This document shows positions 1 through 11,751 of a stretch of 64,000 bases of DNA, one piece after another (positions within the stretch are counted from its first letter, which is position 1; each line of letters opens with the position of its first letter). The notes beneath the pieces were generated by a model. It did not search any database and was not told where the DNA came from. It worked only from the letters and a program-made list of their open reading frames with translations. The position numbers were made by a program, and so were the translations under genes. Source of the stretch: Octopus sinensis (lineage: Eukaryota); contig NC_043003.1 of the NCBI RefSeq assembly GCF_006345805.1, positions 63,674,001 to 63,738,000 of the forward strand. The letters are read 5' to 3'.

Positions 1-50
1 CTCAGTTGCATAACCACTGATGGGTTTCTGGTTGGCCAGCATCAACAGCC

Positions 51-292
51 TGTACATTATTTACATTGACGGATATGTTCTCATCAACATTTCGGCTGAT
101 TTACTCTCCAGCCTTTATCAGGTGTCCTGGTAGAATTTTGAACCCAACACTGGCTTCTCATTCCTAAGGTATTATTTTTTTATTATATTTTTATTATTAT
201 TATTATTATTATTTATTCAAGGCACTGTCTGGAATTGAACTCGGAATCTTGAGGTTAGTAGCCCGCGCTCTTAACCATTATGCTATATGCCC
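51..292 (-). mobile_element. tRNA-headed SINE-like element whose body contains a degenerate hammerhead motif
   Basis: Minus strand 292-221 reads GGGCATATAGCATAATGGTTAAGAGCGCGGGCTACTAACCTCAAGATTCCGAGTTCAATTCC (A-box and B-box like, tRNA-like). It is followed by a (TAA)n spacer and a body with CTGATAA-aGGCTG..CAGCC-GAAAT at 126-85. Confidence 0.7.
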
Positions 293-497
293 GTGCCTTG
301 AATAAATAATAATAACATCAGCAAACAAGTTCCTAAGGAATGAGAACCCAGAGTTGGGTTCAAAATTCTACTAGGACACCTGATGAAGGCTGGAGAATAA
401 ATCAGCCGAAACGTTGTGGTAACAACAAACAAGATGAGGACACATATTCATCCAATGTAAATAATGAACAGAAATCTTCATCTATGAAATATAGAAC
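293..497 (+). mobile_element. Headless inverted copy of the same element
   Basis: 293-470 is an imperfect reverse complement of 51-225, e.g. TCCTAAGGAATGAGAA..GGACACCTGATGAAGGCTGGAGA..ATCAGCCGAAACGTTG..AATGTAAATAATG. Confidence 0.75.
375..420 (+). ncRNA. Minimal type I hammerhead ribozyme motif (Penelope type, palindromic stem III)
   Basis: Stem I GACAC/GTGGT (1 mismatch); core CTGATGA 380-386; extra A; stem II GGCTG/CAGCC with 10-nt loop; GAAAC 408-412 then GT-T (AACGTT palindrome). Confidence 0.65.
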
Positions 498-1480
498 ATC
501 AACATCTTGAATGCAAAATGGGTTTTGGCCGTACAGAGAATTTTGCCACAGTCTATCTGTCAGTGTTTTAAAGTTCTCAGACTTTATTTCTAAGAATTCT
601 AGCTGTCTTAGTTGAAAGTAGGTCAACTTGATTTTAAATTTCTGATATTGGTTTTTATTTCTTTTCAGTATCTCTCTGCTTCTTCTTGCTTTCGTAGTCT
701 TTTGCTAATATTATCACCCAATTTGATTTTGTGTAGATAAGTTTGCAGGCCAATTATGGATGTTTCACAGGATAATCCAAGTAGGACGGTCTCTCTCCCA
801 TCTTCTCTTCTCGGCAGGTAGAAATGGTTGATGTGTATTTCAGGGTGGAGCATTTTGCTAGCGGTGAGAAGTTAACGTGTTTTACCATCCATTTTCTGAC
901 GGCCAATAGATTCCAGTTGATAAGAATTTAATCATGCTGCAGATACCGCTAAGGTGTTGACAGATTCGCTCATTTTTCGAAAGACCAGACTTACTCTTCT
1001 GCAAAACTCTTTTCAAATTTTTTTCTTTCCTTTGAGTATGTTAGATTCCATTGCACTCGTTTATATCTCGGAGATATTCATAAGTGTCCTCAAGATCCAG
1101 TTCTTGTACAGCAATTGTTTAGGTCATGTTTGATTGATGATGTGGTAAGCTTCCCTCTTCTGAAAGTTGTTGTTGGACACTTATCCAGTCAAATTCCAAT
1201 TTTAAGGTTTTACTAAACTGCTTTGCCGTTGTTAAAAGTCCTTCTAACTCCTGATCATTTTCAGCAGAGAGTTTCAGATCGTCCATAAAGATTAAGAGAT
1301 TGATTCTGTTAATGTTATTGTTTGTTCGCTTGAATTCGTATTCATTGTTATTCAGTTCACTAGAAAGTAGGAAGAATGCTATAGAGAAAAAGTGAGTGAG
1401 AGTCTTCTAGGAACATTCAGAATACTTTGATTTTGCTTTATTGCATGAGTCTGTTGTGCTGGTTAAAAAGAGCGAATTTA
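497..1480 (-). pseudogene. Decayed non-LTR retrotransposon RT and post-RT region, R4/Dong-like
   Basis: Minus-strand motif remnants: NLLIFMDDLKL (~1300), LDKCPTTTFRRGKL (~1180), ELDLEDTYEYL (~1090), MLHPEIHINHFYLPRREDGR (853-794; cf. MHHPKADVDRLYLPRxxGGRG), SLYGQNP (cf. LHGQYP). Frameshifted with stops. Confidence 0.75.
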
Positions 1481-1611
1481 TTCATTTCGTCATACTATAT
1501 AGACGAAAGCTAGAGATTACTTGGAGAGATATTGTGTGCTTCTAGAGGTTTCGGTATCCAAATTTATTGCTGTTTCTTTCAGTATTTTCCAGCGTTTGCC
1601 TCTGATAGAGA

Positions 1612-1995
1612 CAGGCATGGTTATGTGGTTAAGAAGGATCGCTTTGCTACCACATGGTTTCGAGTTCAGTCCCACTTAAACAAGTGTCAACTACAATCTC
1701 GGATCGAACAACGCTGTATGAGTGGATTTAATTGACGGAAACTGTGTGGAAGCCCATCGTATATGTGTGTGTCTGTACGTGCGTGTATGTGTGTGTGTGT
1801 GTGTGTGTGTTCAATGACCGTCTGACAACTTATGTCGGTTTGTTTACGTCCCAGTAAATTAGTTCGGCGAAAGATACCGATAGAATAAGTACCAAACTTT
1901 GAAAATATAAATACTAGGGTCGATTTGTTTGACTAAACCCTTCAAAGCGTTGCCCAAGCATGGCTGCTGTCCAATGACTGAAACAAGTAAAAGAT
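1612..1995 (+). mobile_element. tRNA-derived SINE family B with internal (TG)n
   Basis: GGTTATGTGGTTAAGAAG..GGTTTCGAGTTCAGTCCCAC head, ..GACGGAAACTG..(TG)n..GTTTACGTCCC..CCAAGCATGGCTGCTGTCCAATGACTGAAACAAGTAAAAGA tail; more than 15 copies in the window. Confidence 0.8.
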
Positions 1996-3607
1996 AAAAA
2001 GTTTTAAATATTTTTTCTTTTTTTTTCTTTATATTAACAAGTCTTTCTACAATGTCACACATATATTTTAAAAAATTTAAGCTACAGTCATTTTGAATTA
2101 CTGATAGCTATATTTTAGTCTTTGTCACGCATGGCCGACAAATTTCGTTACACTCAATTCAAATTACTCGTTTACCCCGAAACGACACCAATGGCTGCTA
2201 ATTAAGACAGTTATCTCCAGCAGCTAAACACCATTATTCATTATAGCTGTACTAATTTGTAGCATTGTTCTCGTATTATGTACGCGTCCACTTAATCAGG
2301 AGCATCACCACCGACAATCATAACCACTACCACAATCTCTATCCTCCACCATCGCCACTACCAACACCACCTTCATTATCGTCTTGCTCTTTGTATGACA
2401 GTTTTGAAATTGATATCTTTAAAGTGGGCTTCAATTTGTCTTCCATGTTGTTCTCAGAGGTATTTCCTTTAAATGTTACTCATACATAATTCATCCTGTT
2501 CCGTTTGAGGCATTTATAGTTCAAAATACTTCATAGAAATACCTAATTTCTCTTTACGAATGCTGTCTAGTTCTTCTACTATATACATTTCGGCTCTTTC
2601 CGGAAAGAAATGTATATATATTTTGGGGTTTCTTTTTTTAGTATTTTCCCCGTAGATTAAAACTTCTACAACATCTAATTTCAACGTGATAGCCGTATCT
2701 AGCACCAATTCTTTTATCTACATAGATATAAACTCTCATAGAATTTTCAGTTTTAACTATTTTGTCTTATCAAATTTCACTTATTCATATTATCGCTTTG
2801 ATGCTGTTACCATTCTACAAATCTTTTACACAGCTGTCGATGATCCAGTTATCCTTGTATTTCATCTTTGATAGATCAGAATGAGAATCTTTCGTGACAA
2901 TCTATTATGTACCTCTGTTCTCGTTTATCACGGATGTTTGGTTAAAACATGTTTACTGAATCATTCATAAATGAATAACCGAGCATAGGGCAAAAATAGG
3001 CTCCGTTCCGAGATCCCATGTTGTCCTGAGCTTTGCGGATGTTAGCTGGGACTCGCTTTTGCGGACCAAGCAGAATTTTTGTTACTGATCACCAACCCTT
3101 TTTATCACAGATCAATTCGTGATAAGCGTGACGGGTTCTTAATTGAGCGTACTGTATTATTTGGATCAGTGACGAGCCGGTGATAAACGTGGATAAATGT
3201 ACCAGCTTTCCTCAAAAAGATTTTAACTGTATAAATTTCTAATTTTAATTCGGAATCGATTCCTCTGTTGTCAATAAAATCATTATTCACCACTAATAGC
3301 ATCGTTCACTGTGGTAAGCATTCTAGTGCAAAGTTAAGTTCTTGAATTAAATTTACGATTCAGTTTCAGTTGTCGATTGAAGCATTCTTTTACACTTGTT
3401 CTGCTAAAATAACACAATCTCTGTATAATTTCCCTATTCACCCCGTAATGAGTTTAGGATCTTGTGCTTTAAGTCAGTACCAGTAGAATGCATTAAGCTT
3501 ACTGACTACCTGTAACATGTTAAGTTCATTTTTCTATTTACTCACCCACGCCATTCTGTATTTTATCTTCTCAATATTTTCAGGTTTCAAGCACGCAGGA
3601 CAAAATA

Positions 3608-3910
3608 CTTACCGGCATTTCATCCGTCTTTTCGTACTGAGTTCATTTCGTCGAGGTCGACTTTGCCTTTCATTCGTTCTGAGTCGATAAAATAAGCACC
3701 AGTTGAGTACTGGGGTCGACACAATCGACTTACCCCACCCCCCGAAATTGTTGGACTTGTACCAAAATTTGAAACCAATATTATTTTTGTGTCTAACATC
3801 GCGAGCTGGTAGAATCGTTATGGCACCGGAAAAATTCTTAGCGGCAGTTCTTCTGTCTTTATGTTCTGAGTTCAAATGCCACCGAGATCGACTTTGCATT
3901 TCATACCACA
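3608..3910 (+). mobile_element. Two degenerate SINE family A fragments
   Basis: GAGGTCGACTTTGCCTTTCAT..GTCGATAAAATAAGCACCAGTT core; second head GCGAGCTGGTAGAATCG..GAGTTCAAAT. Confidence 0.7.
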
Positions 3911-4039
3911 AATACCATGAGCCAATCTTTACATGATCACTCGACCTACAAGAAATAGCAGCCGAGTTTTTTTCAAATGATAATTTGTCGTCATGGCAAA
4001 GGAACTGACAAATTCGGTAGATACATAAGTGCAACCGTA

Positions 4040-4430
4040 GCTGTGTGGTTATGAAACTTGCTTTGCAACTACATGGTTTCAGTTCAATATTTCTGCGCAA
4101 TACCTTGGACGAGTGTCTTCTGTTGTAATCCCGGACCGACTGAACAGTTTGTGAGCGAATTTGGTACATGGAAACTATGTGAAAGCCCGTCATATGTATG
4201 TATGTATGTATGTAGGCGTGTGCACGCGCACGTCTTTATCCTCCACTATCGCTTGGCAGCCAGGGATGGTTTGTTTACGCCCCTAAAGCGTTTTGCCAAA
4301 AGCAATTGATAGGATAAGAACCAGACATAGAAAAACTTAAATACTTGATTCGATTTATTCAAGTAAACCTTTCAAGGTGCTATCTCTGCATGGCCGCAGT
4401 CCAGTGATTGATACAAGTAAAAGACAAACG
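4040..4430 (+). mobile_element. SINE family B, degenerate
   Basis: AGCTGTGTGGTTATGAAACTTGCTT..GGTTTCAGTTCA..ACCTTGGAC..CATGGCCGCAGTCCAGTGATTGATACAAGTAAAAGA. Confidence 0.7.
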
Positions 4431-5271
4431 ACAAAAGATAATCATGAAAAAGATAGGATGGTCAACATGGAACGCCTTTTAATTATAAGTCAGCTGATTC
4501 GAACGAAGCTGACATGGGCTTAAACATCGCCAGAAACAACAAACGGAAGCTGCTCGTGCAGACCAAAATGTCTAAACGTTTGATCTGCCACTAACGACTT
4601 GGAGGCTTCCTTCTTATCAAACGCAAAGAAAGCTAACAATGTCAATCACGACAATTAATTATTTGATAATGAACGACTGCTATTGAAGATGTTGACAACA
4701 GCCCAGCCATTAGCAATACGTCTTCGTGTAAAAGTTACTATTATTTTCAGCAGCAGCAGCAATACGCGATCAGCCTAGAAGAAATATAAAGAGAAAACTA
4801 ATATTGTAGATTTTGATAGAAATGAGCATTGTCCTATTATAATCTTTGGTCGGACGTATAGAATAATTAGATTGTCAGATAAATTCGTTCGTTATTTTTC
4901 TAACTTTGCACTCCGTCGTCATTTTTTTGAAAAGGGGTAAATTTTATTTTCAAATCCCTCAGACGATAAACGAAAGTTGTAGAGGGAAAATAGTCAGAAA
5001 ATATCCATAAAACTCTATGATAGAACTATTTTTTGTATTTTACTCAAATAACAATGGAAAGGATTAAAATACAAACGAAAGAAAAAAAAATGAATTTATC
5101 TGACAAACCGATACTAAGCAGTATTTGTTCAAGATTTTACGATTCACGTTCAAATCATGTGGTAGGAAACTTTTTCTTTCAGCCTTGTAGGAAACTTTTT
5201 CTTTCAGCCTTGTAGGAAACTATAAAATAAATTATTAGTCAAGCACTGATACCGGTATTATTATCTGCTCC

Positions 5272-5780
5272 CTAAGGTGGTGAGCTGGCAAGATTCGTGA
5301 GCGCGTCGGACAAAATGCTTAGCGCCCATTCGTCCGTCATTACATTCTGAGTTCAAGTTCCGCCAAGGTCTACTTTGCCTTTCATCCTTTTGAAGTCGAT
5401 AAAATAAGTTGCAGTTGAGCACTGGGCTCGATGTATTCGACTTATTCCTTCCCACAAAACTTCGGGCCTTCTACCTATATGAGAAAGGATTAGCTGCTGT
5501 TCCCCTCTCCACAAAATGTCAGACCTTATACCTGTAATAGAAACAGTTACCGAGAGATGAGGATAATCGAATTGGCAGAACCGTTTGAGCATCAGACAAA
5601 AATACTTGCGTTATTTGTAGAAGATCTTTACGTTCTGCGCCCAACTTCCCTTGAAGTTGACGTTGCCTTTCATCCTTTCAGGGTCGATAAAATAAAGCAT
5701 CATTCAAGAACGGGGGGTCGATGCTGTCGGCTAACTCCTTCCTCCCAAAATTTCGGCCTCGTATCAAAATTTGAAGCTAT
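5272..5780 (+). mobile_element. Two SINE family A copies with tail variant 2
   Basis: GGTGGTGAGCTGGCAAG..GAGTTCAAGTTCCGCCAAGGTCTACTTTGCCTTTCATCC; second degenerate copy from ~5555. Confidence 0.7.
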
Positions 5781-6166
5781 TGTTATTTTTACTATCATTA
5801 TTATTATCCTTACTGGCAGTACATTATATGATATGGAGGAAAGTCTATGATTCAAACAACAAAGACGGGAGAAAACAGGAAAAACAAAAGCATTTAATTA
5901 ATTAGTTGATTAATTAATTAAGAATATCCTGTGAAGTTGTTTATAAGAAATAATGCTTTGAACGCCATGATAGATGAAAACAATTGCTGTGCGCCATCAC
6001 CAGCTTCCTTCCACACGGCAAAATTGGCAGCGAAAAAGTGTTGCTGCTATTAAAGCAACAACGAATGGACGCTGGTATAGCTGCATAGTTAAGAAGTTCG
6101 ACTCACAATCACTTCGTTTCTGATTTGACTTTTTTTTGCAGTGCGTTGCGTGGCCTTTTAATTTAA

Positions 6167-6833
6167 CCATTTGCCTGTCCAAAACATTCTCATAGGTTTG
6201 TCCTAAACGCCCATGCTTGTTTTCAGACCTTTAGTTAATCCTTGTTTCATATGTTCTGAGTAATATAAAGCTCTGCTTTTGTAGGTCCCAAGTTACTCTG
6301 ACGGTAGAAAAATATGAATTCGGAATAAGCATTATCTATGATGCATGTATGCCATGTGTATCACATGTGATATAAGCGACAGGAGGGCGGCGAGCTGGCA
6401 GAAACGTTAGCACGCCGGGCGAAATGCGTAGCTGTATTTCGTCTGCCGTTACGTTCTGAGTTCAAATTCCACCGAGGTCAACTTTGCCTTTCATCCTTTC
6501 GGGGTCGATTAAATAAGTACCAGTTACGCACTGGGGTCGACAGAATCGACTTAATCCGTCTGTCTGTCCTTGTATCTCTCCTCTGTGTTTAGCCCCTTGT
6601 GGGTAGTAAAGAAATAGGTATTTCGTCTGCCGCTAATTCTGAGTTCAAATTCCGCCGAGGTCGACTTCGTCTTTCATCCTTTCGGGATCGATTAAATAAA
6701 TACCAGTTACGCACTGGGCTCGATCTAATCGACTTAATTCCTTTGTCTGTCCTTGATTGTCCCCTCTATGTTTAGCCCCTTCCCACCATTCCTTTGGGCA
6801 ATAAAGAAATAGATATGAATGACAGGAAAACTG
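6167..6833. mobile_element. piggyBac-like non-autonomous element with TTAA target duplication, interrupted by a SINE
   Basis: TTAA(6163-66) CCATTTGCCTGTC ... GACAGGAAAACTG TTAA(6834-37). The first ~120 bp also match 48553-48680. Confidence 0.55.
6389..6810 (+). mobile_element. SINE family A internal dimer
   Basis: GGCGGCGAGCTGGCAGAAACGTTAGCAC head; body repeated from TATTTCGTCTGCCG at ~6620; degenerate TSD GATATAAGCGACAGGA / GATATGAATGACAGGA. Confidence 0.85.
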
Positions 6834-7314
6834 TTAATGGATGCTGAACCGTCGCAAATTGTTATCAGAACTATGTTGTTACCCTTCTTGGAGCAATTAA
6901 ACGTAGCATAGAAGTTAGTACACAGGGGAAATGTTTGAACATCCTAACGGTTGCTGCAGACTGGACATCATAAAATAGAGGAATATTTGGGGGGGGGGAT
7001 GGCAAATATAATCGTTGTTTGAAAAATAATGAGATTTGATACCCGAAGAAGTACAAATAAATTATTTATAAAACACCTAACAGTTCAAGAACAACTTGAG
7101 GCACCCAGGTGTCTTGAAATTGTCTAAAATTGGAATAAAAATCCCTGTCATACTGTGTTTTTTTTTTAATATTTAAAAGTATGGAGTACATATTGCTATT
7201 TGAGTTGGCCATTTGGAGGAATGTAATTGCAAGGAAGCGTATCAACGGGGATTTAACATCTCAACGAGTTTGCTTATGCCGTGTCTATTTTGATAAGATA
7301 TTCTTTTATTCTTT

Positions 7315-7670
7315 CATTCTTTTACTTGTTTCAATCATTTGACTGCGGCCATGCTGGAGCACCGCCTTTAGTCGAACAGATCGACCCCAGGACTTATTCT
7401 TTGTTAGCCTAGTACTTATTCTATCGGTCTCTTTTGCCGAACCGCTATGTTACGGGGACGTAAACACACCAGCACCGTTGTCAAGCGATGTTGGGGGGGG
7501 GGGCAAAGACACACACATATATATTTATATATATATAAGACGGGCGTCTTTCAGTTTCCGTCTACCAAATCCACTCATAAGGCTTTGGTCGGCTCGAGGC
7601 TATCGTAGAAGACACTTGCCCAATGTGCCATGCAGTGGGACTGAACTCGGAGCCATGTAGTTGGTAAGCA
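7315..7670 (-). mobile_element. SINE family B, near full length
   Basis: Reverse complement of the family B sequence (TTTACTTGTTTCA..GCCATGCTGGAGCACCGCC..GGGACTGAACTCGGAGCCATG). Confidence 0.85.
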
Positions 7671-7944
7671 AGGATAAATAAATATATATATACAGTATTC
7701 CGATCGTTTCTATAGGCCCGGGCCGACTAAACGCTTCGCTTGTGCATTTGATTGACGGAAACTGTATGGTTGCCTATCCGTATATGTGTGTGTATGTGAC
7801 AACATGTATTTGTGTTTGTACTTCCTAACCGGTGTTGGTTTGTTTACGTCCCCGTAAGTTAGCGGCTCAGCAAAAATAGACCCATAGAATAGGTACTAAA
7901 TCAAAAATTTAGTACTGCGGTAGATTTGATATCAATTAAACATA

Positions 7945-8400
7945 GGCGCAGGTGTGGCTATGATGGATGAAATTTGATTCCCAAGCTATGGGGTTCCGGG
8001 TTCACTCTCACTGCGTTGCACGTTGGGCGTATCTACTACTATAGCCTCTGGCCGATCAAAACCTTGTGGCTGGAGTTGGTAAACTGCAAGAAGATTGTCG
8101 TATACGTATGTATATAACTATGCCTGTGCCTTTTTGTATGTGTTTGTACCCCACCATAACTTGACAACCGGTGTTGGTTTGTTTACAAAAAAGATATGCT
8201 CTGAGAACGATCCATTCGATATGCTCTGAAATATGCTCTGAGATCGATCCATTCTTCTAAACCATTCGAGGTGGTGTCTCAGCATGGCCGCAGTCGTATG
8301 ACTAAAACGAGTAAAAGATAAAATGTAAAAATAAACTTATCAAGGCAGTGCTCCAGCGTGGTCACAGTCTAATAACTGAAACAAGTAAACGAATAAAACA
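7945..8400 (+). mobile_element. SINE family B, degenerate
   Basis: GGCGCAGGTGTGGCTATG..GGTTCCGGGTTCACTC..CAGCATGGCCGCAGTC. Confidence 0.65.
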
Positions 8401-9900
8401 TAAGTTTTAATGATAGCATTAAGTATTTTATTTCCTCCATTTAATATCTTGAGTTTTACAAACTGCATTTAAGATTGTATTAAGTTTACTTATTTATTAC
8501 TCAATAATTTGCAGTATTCTGCTAAACCAGGCAAAGCTATAAAGAGTTTAGATTTATGTGAATTGTATTACCACTGTATTATTATATAAACTAGTAAGAG
8601 TTGCCATCTTAAGTTAACTATTGGCATTCGTTTCGACTCCAGCCAAGACTGGCACGCTTCAGACCGCATCCGTTTCACACGATTGCCCACTGAAATGGGA
8701 CTTTTTCTCATAACAGTAGGAAGTAGTGAGGCGGATGGGAGAGAAGATGGTGGTGGAAGTTCGAATTAAATGTAGCATGGAATGATGTCGGCCAACGTTC
8801 AAGCTAGTGTCGTAAATAACGGAAATAAACGGAGGTGACGGACAGAAAAATTGGAATTGGTCGGCATGAGACCATGTTCCTGTCATGATCAGCCAACGAT
8901 TGCTTAGTCAGAATGATAAACGAGACATGGAAAAATAAAACTGATATTGAAATCATATGTATTCGAAGACAGTAAATTTATGTGATGAACAAGAAGATAA
9001 AATGATTTCCTGTCTTTGGGGAACAGAAAAGGGCAGAAAGGAAGAATAGGAATCTGCTTCTTCTGTATCATTCTATTGTCGGATTCCATTGAGATTGCTT
9101 GGCGCTTAAAAATTCGATCGTATTTGCTGTGCTATTCCTACTGGACTTATAAACACTTGGGACAAAGAACCATTATCTTCGTAAAGTTAATGAACCCTAT
9201 AAATAAAATTTCTGATGGCTTTCTATCTAAAACAATGTTTTAGCTAGAAAACCATTTAGTTTTATTAGTGAGTCTCGCTACGTTGAACCTTGGAACGGAG
9301 TGCGTGCGCCTCTAGTTTATGTCTCCGGATGACATTGATGTAATGTGGTGCGTGTGTGTGTGTGTGTGCACGCGCATCGTGGCGCAGTGATTTCGACACC
9401 AGATGACACACCCGATTACATCTTTGTGTAAAATATATACTGACATACACAAATTCATTAAGATAATGACACTTTTCTCTGGCCCGCTCTGCCTGCAGAA
9501 GGTAGCGAACCCTGCGACTGGCGTCGTAAATCATAGTTCTTTCACTCTGTCAGAGCTAAATGGAAAGCAATTAGTGGAAGATAAAGCCTTGTCAAGGACA
9601 AACAAGGCCTTTTATACAACGTGTGACATAATTTAGTTGTACCATGAACGCATTTTGATCACAAGACAGCTACATTTCTGGAGCTTTGGAGGCAACAGAG
9701 CAGAAAGGGGGGAAACAAATAAATTGGAAGCCATAAGGTTAATTAAAACTGAAATTTAAATAGTTTCATTAACATTATCAATTTTAATTAAATATTCTTT
9801 TGTAAATTCTTTACTTTTAATTGGAAATTTTTCTTTCACTTTTTTCTTTTTATTTTTCACTGAAATTTAATTATACACCAGAAATCTGTATTTTGCGTAG

Positions 9901-10068
9901 GAAACAAATGTTTATGTAGAGAACATTTTCGATGCCGACTATCATCCAGCCTCTCTGAGTTCGCCCGACGCCATCGCCTCGGAATGGATTAATAAACTGA
10001 ATAACTCACTCCGGGGTGTAATTTACCGGAAAAAAGACGGGATGGTCGCAGTTAAAACCCCGTTTTGA
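9901..10068 (+). CDS. Candidate 3'-terminal coding exon of an unidentified host gene
   Basis: Pyrimidine-rich run 9830-9860 and ..TATTTTGCGTAG| acceptor. Phase-0 frame open: ETNVYVENIFDADYHPASLSSPDAIASEWINKLNNSLRGVIYRKKDGMVAVKTPF*. The other two frames close early; unique, CpG-rich sequence. Confidence 0.4.
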   Translation, partial: ETNVYVENIFDADYHPASLSSPDAIASEWINKLNNSLRGVIYRKKDGMVAVKTPF

Positions 10069-10209
10069 CGACAACGATTCGTCATAGAAAGTCATAACAA
10101 AATGAAGAAGCCTCTATATAATCACCGACCTGCTTGAAATAGCAGCTAAATATATCTCATATAATACTATACTGTCTTAAAAAATGGAAGAACACACTAG
10201 AAGATATAG

Positions 10210-10623
10210 GCGGTGAGCTGGCAGAAACGTGAGCACGCCGGGTGAAATGCTTAGCGGTATTTCGTCGGTTGCTTCGTTCTGAGTTCAAATTCCGCCGAGG
10301 TCGACTTTGCCTTTCATCCTTTCGGGGTCGATTAAATAAGTACCAGTTACGCTCTGGGGTCGATATAATCGACTTAATCCGTTTGTCTGTCCTTGTTTGT
10401 CCTCTCTGTGTTTAGCCCCTTGTGGGTAGTAAAGAAGTAGGTATTTCGTCTGCCGTTACGTTCTGAGTACAAATTCCGCCGAGGTTGACTTTGCCATTCA
10501 TCCTTTCGAGGGTCAATTAAATAAGTACCAGTTATGCACTGGGATCGATGTAATCGACTTAATATGTTTGTCTGTCCTTGTTTGTCCCCTCTCTGTGTAG
10601 CCCTTTGTGAGCAATAAAGAAAT
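10210..10623 (+). mobile_element. SINE family A internal dimer with 12-bp TSD
   Basis: TSD TAGAAGATATAG at 10198-10209 and 10624-10635; second body unit starts at GTATTTCGTCTGCCG (~10441). Confidence 0.9.
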
Positions 10624-11524
10624 TAGAAGATATAGTCGTAGATACACTGTTGTCTATCAATAGATATGATTGTCGAGTTTGGAACGCCTATGATCCTATT
10701 AGTTACAGGTCTGTTCAAACAGGACCGTCCTGTGGCTAAACAACAAGAATAGTAACCTATGCAGTAAACATAAGCATTGAAACAATCAGTAACAAAATGC
10801 TTCAAAAGGAGAGTGCCCCCGAACACCTATTTTCATACATTTACAAAGAGCCACGCAGCATTTGCGCTTCCACCTAAGTTGATGGCTTATTGCTGGTTGA
10901 ACTAACACTGGGCAAAGAGCAATATATATTCGAACGGATCCCTTTAATAAAATCCAAACGTGTTGCCTGTTAACCCACGCCACAGACGATGTCATACGGT
11001 TGTTGCTTCGAACACTTTTGGTATTGCAGCTTGCGCTGGTCTTATTCAGGGCAGCCATAAAGTTGCTGCTTGTATTAATCCCACGAATCTGATAAGACCC
11101 TATGACTTTTCCAGAAATTGTGAGCGGCGAAAATGCATGTATGCCTGGATGGCTGGATGAAGAAACAACACCAAATATTCAAACTCACCCAAAATTAAAC
11201 CGAATCATAATAATGCATTTGAGAAGCTGGACCTGCCACAAATTATCTCATATTCATAAGTCCAGCAGTGAATTAAGAATATATATACGTAAGCACAAAG
11301 TTTTCCCACATACTCAGCCACAGTCAAAATAATCCGTTTACGGCATGTAAAGAAAAGGCAAAAATAACAACATGGAGTAATATAATGCTAACTAAAGAAG
11401 CATAAGAGAGACTTATCATTTATAATCTTAAAAAGGGTCATCTTTAGCATCCTTAGCCGACACTTACTCTCTTCACATCATAACACGTATTCAAACCACT
11501 AAACGTAAAAGCCACAATAATTAC

Positions 11525-11680
11525 GTGGCTGTGTGGTAAGTAGCTTGCTTACCAACCACATGGTTTCGGGTTCAGTCCCACTGCGTGGCACCTTGGGCAA
11601 GTGTCTTCTACTATAACCTCGGGTCGACCAAAGCCTTGTGAGTGGATTTGGTAGCCGGAATCTGAAAGAAGCCTGTCGTA

Positions 11681-11751
<71 letters not shown>

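Noticed and set aside
221-292. tRNA gene call for this and other tRNA-like heads (e.g. 55650, 57258)
   Set aside because: They lack a proper acceptor stem and continue directly into repeat bodies, so they are SINE heads.
2500-3450. Minus-strand coding-like remnant (LVTD..IKNPSRL; HPQSSGQ) resembling Ty3/Gypsy RNase H or integrase
   Set aside because: Motifs are too degenerate and in inconsistent frames; BLASTx is needed to decide.
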